From Nanobdella aerobiophila (GTDB lineage Archaea > Nanobdellota > Nanobdellia > Nanobdellales > Nanobdellaceae): a stretch of 32,000 nt of DNA. This document shows, one piece after another, positions 27,133 through 32,000 of this stretch (its first letter is position 1; each line of letters starts with the position of its first letter). The translations under genes and the position numbers were made by a program. Under the pieces are notes generated by a model. That model was not told the DNA's origin. It made no database searches and saw nothing but the letters and a program-made list of their open reading frames with translations. The stretch lies in assembly GCF_023169545.1 (NCBI RefSeq), contig NZ_AP019769.1, positions 540,001-572,000 on the forward strand. Direction: 5' to 3'.

Positions 27133-27957
27133 TTATAGCCTTATCTTATCTAAAAGTATTTTATATGCCTTTTCTAATGAATTCTTTGACAAAAAGATAA
27201 TATGATTCTCTTCTTTACCCGTTAATTCACTAGATAAATATTTATCTAAATCCAAAGGTAATATTTTTATAGTCTTACCAGTTTTTTCCTTAGCTTCTTT
27301 ATAAAATTCATATATTTTATCTCCAATATGATTAGAAGGATCTTCTTCCATTAAAATTCTATCATATAAATATAATGTTATATAACTGTTTTTTGATCCA
27401 TAAATATTATCTATATTATTATATATTTGACTGGCATCATATAAATTTATCTTTATACTACCTAATTCTAATAATCTACCCGGTATATTATATGAAATCT
27501 TCCCAATTTTAGTATCAAGATCTATATTTATATCTTTTTTATATTCTTTTAATTCACCAATTCCCAAATTTTCTCCTATATATCTTATATATTCTCTCCA
27601 CCAGTCTGTATAGAAATCTATTAATTTTATTTCTCCTTCAACTTTTGGTATATATGGAAATTCTTCAATGCTTATTTTTCTTAATAGATCATCCAATCTA
27701 TCAGGATTTATGTATATATCTTCTATTTTATAATTTCCACTCTTTAATTCTCTAGAAGAAAGATTTGTTACATTAATCTCTGGATTTATAATTTCCTCAC
27801 CTATAAATCTTGGTTTTGCATATATTCCTTTTTCAGGATTTTTTAATGAAAACTGATCGTTACCCCATTGCAATATATGTATATCTCCTCCCAAATCCCT
27901 TAGATATAAAATAAATTCCAATGTTTCTAGATGAAATGGTACTACTTGCCTTCCCAT
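27133..27957 (-). CDS. Hypothetical protein
   Basis: 274-aa ORF, no recognised motif. Confidence 0.6.
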   Translation of the reverse strand: MGRQVVPFHLETLEFILYLRDLGGDIHILQWGNDQFSLKNPEKGIYAKPRFIGEEIINPEINVTNLSSRELKSGNYKIEDIYINPDRLDDLLRKISIEEFPYIPKVEGEIKLIDFYTDWWREYIRYIGENLGIGELKEYKKDINIDLDTKIGKISYNIPGRLLELGSIKINLYDASQIYNNIDNIYGSKNSYITLYLYDRILMEEDPSNHIGDKIYEFYKEAKEKTGKTIKILPLDLDKYLSSELTGKEENHIIFLSKNSLEKAYKILLDKIRL

Positions 27958-28101
27958 AATAAATTTTCTCTCTTCATTTTCTATATCCTCTTTTCCTAAA
28001 ATTTTATATTCAGATAAGATTCGGTTGTTGGTCCATAATTAAGAATCTTTTATAGTTATATTTATAAATATTTTTCGTTCCTTAAAGGTAACTAAATAGA
28101 G

Positions 28102-28212
28102 TGGGCAGCTTCTATGCTTTCCCAGCTATCGCCAGTACTCGCATAGACGTAGGCCGGCTTGACTTCCGTATTCGAAATGGGTACGGGTTTTTCCCGGCCA
28201 CTTTGGCCGCCC
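28102..28212 (-). rRNA. rrf: 5S ribosomal RNA
   Basis: Minus strand GGGCGGCC...GGGAAAAACCCGTACCCATTTCGAATACGGAAGTCAAGCC...AGTACTGGCGATAGCTGGGAAAG...GCTGCCC; terminal stem GGGCGGC/GCTGCCC. Ends approximate to a few nt. Confidence 0.94.
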
Positions 28213-28227
28213 TATATTTTGTAATTA

Positions 28228-28548
28228 TCATATATTTTTTAAGTTTTTTCTTATAATAAATCTCTTTACCTTACCACAGTATAAACAACTATATATAATT
28301 CTACCCTTCCTTATTCTTATTCTTAATGTTTTACCTATTATCCAAGGTGTATAACATCTTTTACAAAACTTATTTCTTATATCATCTGGCAACCTAATCC
28401 TTGCCTTATTTTTAATTTTCCATAATATAAAGATATATCTTCTAGAAAGATCAATATTATCTATATTTTCTATGGATAACTTATATAGATATCTTATCCT
28501 ATCTATTGCAATATTATCGTAAATATATTTTGATTTCTTTTGTTTCAT
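28228..28548 (-). CDS. rnp4: Ribonuclease P protein component 4 (Rpp21/Rpr2)
   Basis: DIRNKFCKRCYTPWIIGKTLRIRIRKGRIIYSCLYCGKVKRF zinc ribbon with N-terminal helices. Confidence 0.87.
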   Translation of the reverse strand: MKQKKSKYIYDNIAIDRIRYLYKLSIENIDNIDLSRRYIFILWKIKNKARIRLPDDIRNKFCKRCYTPWIIGKTLRIRIRKGRIIYSCLYCGKVKRFIIRKNLKNI

Positions 28549-28867
28549 TTTTATCTAGATTTTTAACATATAATAATATATATTCATCTTCTCTATACTC
28601 TAGATTTGGTATTAAAAGCTCTATATTTTCTTTTCTATATTTATCTATATTAATAATTGCCGGACTTATGAAATTATAATATAATCTAAATCTTAGGGCC
28701 ATATATTGATCTTTTAGATTTATGGTTTTTGTACCAATTTCAAATTTTCTAATAAATGGAGAATGATTCTTTATAATTATAATAACTTTTTTACTATATT
28801 TTAGATTATCTACATCTTTATTTATATTTACGGATACATCCCACCTATCTTCTAATTCTTCACTCAT
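28514..28867 (-). CDS. Hypothetical protein
   Basis: 117-aa ORF overlapping rnp4 by 35 nt and pth2 by 4 nt, co-oriented. Confidence 0.6.
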   Translation of the reverse strand: MSEELEDRWDVSVNINKDVDNLKYSKKVIIIIKNHSPFIRKFEIGTKTINLKDQYMALRFRLYYNFISPAIINIDKYRKENIELLIPNLEYREDEYILLYVKNLDKNETKEIKIYLR

Positions 28868-29217
28868 AATAACTTTAATGTACCTGTAATCTTATCAATC
28901 TTTTCCTCTAGATCTGGGCCTATACCAATACAGGTAATTGTACCTGGCTCTATTTGGGTTAATCCCGCGTCCTGTATCATAACTGTATTAATATTACATT
29001 CTTTAGCTTTTTTATATACTTCTAGCAACTCATTTAAATCTTTTACATATAAAACTACTTTCTTAGCCCCCTCTGATCTCCAAAGATCTACTACTTCCCT
29101 ATCAATAATAAATTTTTCTAATGTGGCTTCTACTGCTGCATGAGCTACCTGAGTACATAATTTACCTTTACCTATATCTAAATCCTTTCTCACAACTATC
29201 ACTAATTTATAATCCAT
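28864..29217 (-). CDS. pth2: Peptidyl-tRNA hydrolase 2
   Basis: KLVIVVRKDLDIGKGKLCTQVAHAAVEA...VLYVKDLNELLEVYKKAKECNINTVMIQDAGLTQIEPGTITCIGIGP. Confidence 0.96.
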   Translation of the reverse strand: MDYKLVIVVRKDLDIGKGKLCTQVAHAAVEATLEKFIIDREVVDLWRSEGAKKVVLYVKDLNELLEVYKKAKECNINTVMIQDAGLTQIEPGTITCIGIGPDLEEKIDKITGTLKLL

Positions 29218-29569
29218 CTAACATCTTTAATTTTTCTAATAATAATTTATACTTATAATTATCTATTTTTTGATCTATTATATCTTCCGTTATCTTTCTA
29301 TTTATTTCGTCTATTTTCTTATTTATTTCATCTAGCACAGAATAGATATTTTTGATATTATTATCAAGATTATTATACTTATTTTCAATATCTGTCAACC
29401 TATCTTGCATTTTTTTATTTTCTTCCTTCATATTTGTTAATTCTAACTTTAGATTATCTGTTTCTTTTTTTATTTCATCTATATATAATTTGAATCCTTC
29501 AATTAATTTATAATATTCATCATAATTTAATAATTGATTAATTATTTTTGAATAATCCAAATCATCCAT
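29207..29569 (-). CDS. Hypothetical coiled-coil protein
   Basis: 120-aa ORF with heptad-like E/K/L/I pattern; overlaps pth2 by 11 nt. Confidence 0.6.
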   Translation of the reverse strand: MDDLDYSKIINQLLNYDEYYKLIEGFKLYIDEIKKETDNLKLELTNMKEENKKMQDRLTDIENKYNNLDNNIKNIYSVLDEINKKIDEINRKITEDIIDQKIDNYKYKLLLEKLKMLDGL

Positions 29570-29603
29570 AAGTCTTATTTACTTTTTATAATTAATAAAA
29601 ATT

Positions 29604-30122
29604 ATGATTATCCGTCTTCATCAAACCTTAAGTACACTAATATCATATATCATATTTTATTATATATTGTCAATTAATTATATATCATCTATAATATTTT
29701 CGATTTTCGTAGGGATAATATGTATAATACCGGACCTTGATTACAAATTGTCTATCTGGGCCAATAAACAATATATAACCCTCAGGAAAAGCATCATTAA
29801 ATATATATTATTTCCTTACTATATATTCATTTTATTTATAATCAAAATATTTAAACATAGAGGGATAACGCATTCTATATTTCCGGTTATATTATTTTAT
29901 TTAATTGGAAATTATATACATATATTTTATTTATTTTCTTTGGCATTTCTATTACATATAATAGAAGATTCATTAACAGTATCTGGTACACAACCATTTT
30001 ATCCTATTTTAAAATATAAATTTGTAATACCAATATTAAATAATAAAAAAAATAGAAAATTACAGATATATTTATCCTATATATCTATTTTTATTTATTT
30101 ATACTTGATTATATTTTTATGA
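29604..30122 (+). CDS. YdjM/DUF457-type membrane-bound metal-dependent hydrolase-like protein
   Basis: HQTLSTLISY..., ICIIPDLDYKLSIW, KHRGITHSIFP, LLHIIEDSLTVSGTQPFYP. Confidence 0.82.
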   Translation: MIIRLHQTLSTLISYIIFYYILSINYISSIIFSIFVGIICIIPDLDYKLSIWANKQYITLRKSIIKYILFPYYIFILFIIKIFKHRGITHSIFPVILFYLIGNYIHIFYLFSLAFLLHIIEDSLTVSGTQPFYPILKYKFVIPILNNKKNRKLQIYLSYISIFIYLYLIIFL

Positions 30123-30643
30123 GGATATTTATAGCTATAGATTTACCAGAAGATATTAAAAAAGATATATATAATATATCAAAAAATATTAGAGGTATAA
30201 GTGGAAAAATAGTAGAAGAAGAAAATATCCATATAACATTAAAATTTTTAGGACAAATAAATCAAGAAACATTAAATAAAATAAATAAAAAATTATCAAG
30301 TATTAATTATAATAAATTTTATATTAATATTGGAGACTTCGGATATTTCAATAATAGAGTCTTATGGATAAAGATCCTAAATAAAGAAAATATAATTAAT
30401 TTACATAATATTATAGATAATAAATTGTATGAATTGAATATACAGAAAGATATTGATTATGAACCTCATATAACAATATATAGAATCAAAAATATAAAAA
30501 ATGATAACTATTTAAAAGAATACCTAAATGAAAATAAAAAAATATATAGTAATATATTGATTGATAAGTTTTATATTAAAGAGAGCATATTGATGACACA
30601 TGGTCCAGTATACAGAAATTTATATGAATATAAACTATTATAA
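30119..30643 (+). CDS. thpR: RNA 2',3'-cyclic phosphodiesterase (2H / LigT family)
   Basis: MRIFIAIDLPEDIK, two H-x-T motifs HITLKFLG and HITIYRIK. Confidence 0.93.
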   Translation: MRIFIAIDLPEDIKKDIYNISKNIRGISGKIVEEENIHITLKFLGQINQETLNKINKKLSSINYNKFYINIGDFGYFNNRVLWIKILNKENIINLHNIIDNKLYELNIQKDIDYEPHITIYRIKNIKNDNYLKEYLNENKKIYSNILIDKFYIKESILMTHGPVYRNLYEYKLL

Positions 30644-30668
30644 AACTTACTATTATAATTAAGTTATT

Positions 30669-30866
30669 ATGGCTAATGAATTATTACCTGAGATAAAAAA
30701 TAGAAAATTTGACAGGATATTTATATGTAGAAGATGTGGGTCCAGGATAAGAGCGGACCCTGAAAAAGTAAGATCTGGACTGATAAAATGTAGAAAATGT
30801 AAATCAAAATCGCTAAGATTAAAGAAATCAGAGATAATATTAGTAGCTGCAAAGACTGCTAAATGA
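30669..30866 (+). CDS. rpl40e: 50S ribosomal protein L40e-like
   Basis: FDRIFICRRCGSRIRADPEKVRSGLIKCRKCKSKSLRLKKSE zinc ribbon. Confidence 0.75.
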   Translation: MANELLPEIKNRKFDRIFICRRCGSRIRADPEKVRSGLIKCRKCKSKSLRLKKSEIILVAAKTAK

Positions 30867-31966
30867 ATTATCAGTTATCTTTATCAGGCTCTACAGAACT
30901 AGATATATTAATATTATTTTTTGTTGTAAATATTATTTTTATAGTACTAAAAATTTTGTTTAGAAAGAATGTAGATTATAAATTTATATACGGAATGGTA
31001 AAAACTGAAAAATATACATATATAATGGAAAGCTTATCAAAAGGATTATATGCTAAAATATTGTCTATATCATCTTTAATAATTTCCCCTATATTAATCT
31101 TCTCTTCTTTAATATTCTTAATATTTGGCTTAGTAACTAGAACACCGACTTATGCTCCTGTAATACCAGGTGCTTCATATGGACCAATCACATTACCATT
31201 AGCACAAACGATAATATCAATATTTATTGCAGCTTTTATACATGAACTTTCTCATGGAGTCTTATCATTTAGAAATAAAATAAAAATAAAGGATTGGGGC
31301 TTTTTCTATTTAGGACCTTTATTAGGCGCATTTGTTGATCCGAATGAAGAAGAAATAAATAAGACTAGTAAAAAAGAGCAATTAAAAATATATGGTGCTG
31401 GTGCTACAATAAATATAATAGCAGGCTTCATATTTTTGTTTATTTTATTAATATTTAATCAGTTGACTACTACTTTTAATCTTGCAAAACCCTATGTTAG
31501 TATAGTAAGTACAATTCCAGGTACTTATGCTTATGGTGTAATACCAAACGATAGTATACTATATTCCATAAATAATTATAATATATCATATTTAAACCAG
31601 ATTCAGGAAGTATTGAATAAATATTCTCCAGGTCAAAATGTTACAATATATACAAATAAAGGTACATATGATATAGAACTTGTAGATAAGTATAATGAAA
31701 CATTTCTAGGGGTATATGTAGAACAAGAATATAATTATGCATCTAATATTATACCATTTACAGGATCTTTATTATTATGGTTATTTATAATAAATCTAGG
31801 TCTCGGTATAGGAAATATGATACCAATATACCCCTTGGACGGTGGTAGAGCGCTTAAAGCTTTATTAGAAGCGAAATTTGAGGAGAAAAAAGCCAAAAAA
31901 ATAATGAATATAATATCAATTATTATAGTTATATTAATACTATATAATATTAGTTTTCTGTTCTAG
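30863..31966 (+). CDS. M50 (site-2 protease) family membrane metalloprotease
   Basis: HExxH in FIHELSHGVLSFRNKI, GYG-type PDZ region, NMIPIYPLDGGRALKALL (NxxPxxPLDGG). Confidence 0.9.
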   Translation: MNYQLSLSGSTELDILILFFVVNIIFIVLKILFRKNVDYKFIYGMVKTEKYTYIMESLSKGLYAKILSISSLIISPILIFSSLIFLIFGLVTRTPTYAPVIPGASYGPITLPLAQTIISIFIAAFIHELSHGVLSFRNKIKIKDWGFFYLGPLLGAFVDPNEEEINKTSKKEQLKIYGAGATINIIAGFIFLFILLIFNQLTTTFNLAKPYVSIVSTIPGTYAYGVIPNDSILYSINNYNISYLNQIQEVLNKYSPGQNVTIYTNKGTYDIELVDKYNETFLGVYVEQEYNYASNIIPFTGSLLLWLFIINLGLGIGNMIPIYPLDGGRALKALLEAKFEEKKAKKIMNIISIIIVILILYNISFLF

Positions 31967-32000
31967 AAGATTTTCTTATAAATATTTTATCTGTCAATAA

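Noticed and set aside
1-32000. CRISPR array, transposon or integrase signatures
   Set aside because: No regularly spaced direct repeats, transposase/integrase motifs (DDE, tyrosine recombinase) or duplicated tRNA 3' ends were visible. The similar T-arms of the two tRNAs are normal tRNA conservation.

Overview
AT-rich, extremely compact archaeal chromosome segment. Many genes overlap by 4 nt or converge tail-to-tail. Gene content fits a reduced (DPANN / Nanoarchaeota-like) archaeon: TrmB-type regulator (partial), ATP-dependent DNA ligase, FtsZ, GatD, deoxyhypusine synthase, circularly permuted GTPase, two tRNAs, S19e, L37Ae, RpoP, ZPR1, SepF, prefoldin beta, GluRS, Spt4/Rpo7, a single-polypeptide PriS-PriL-like primase, a truncated ribosomal cluster (S17-L14-L24-S4e-L5-L6-L32e), DUF488, an M28-like peptidase, 5S rRNA, Rpp21, Pth2, ThpR, L40e and an M50 protease. 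Most interesting: (1) an envelope-related operon at 9778-13893 (HerA/VirB4-like ATPase plus a 692-aa Asn/Tyr-rich single-TM surface protein plus two small pilin-like proteins), converging on a fourth pilin-like gene coupled to S19e; (2) a textbook C/D box sRNA at 25631-25680 (C-12nt-D'-4nt-C'-12nt-D) in the S17/DUF488 divergent region and overlapping the DUF488 5' end, whose D' guide appears complementary to the 5' end of 16S rRNA; (3) the fused primase; (4) loss of S14 and S8 from the spc-type cluster; (5) a tRNA-Ala(GGC) with unusual U37; (6) GC-rich or structured intergenic patches that may be unannotated RNAs. All calls come from reading the sequence; no searches were run.
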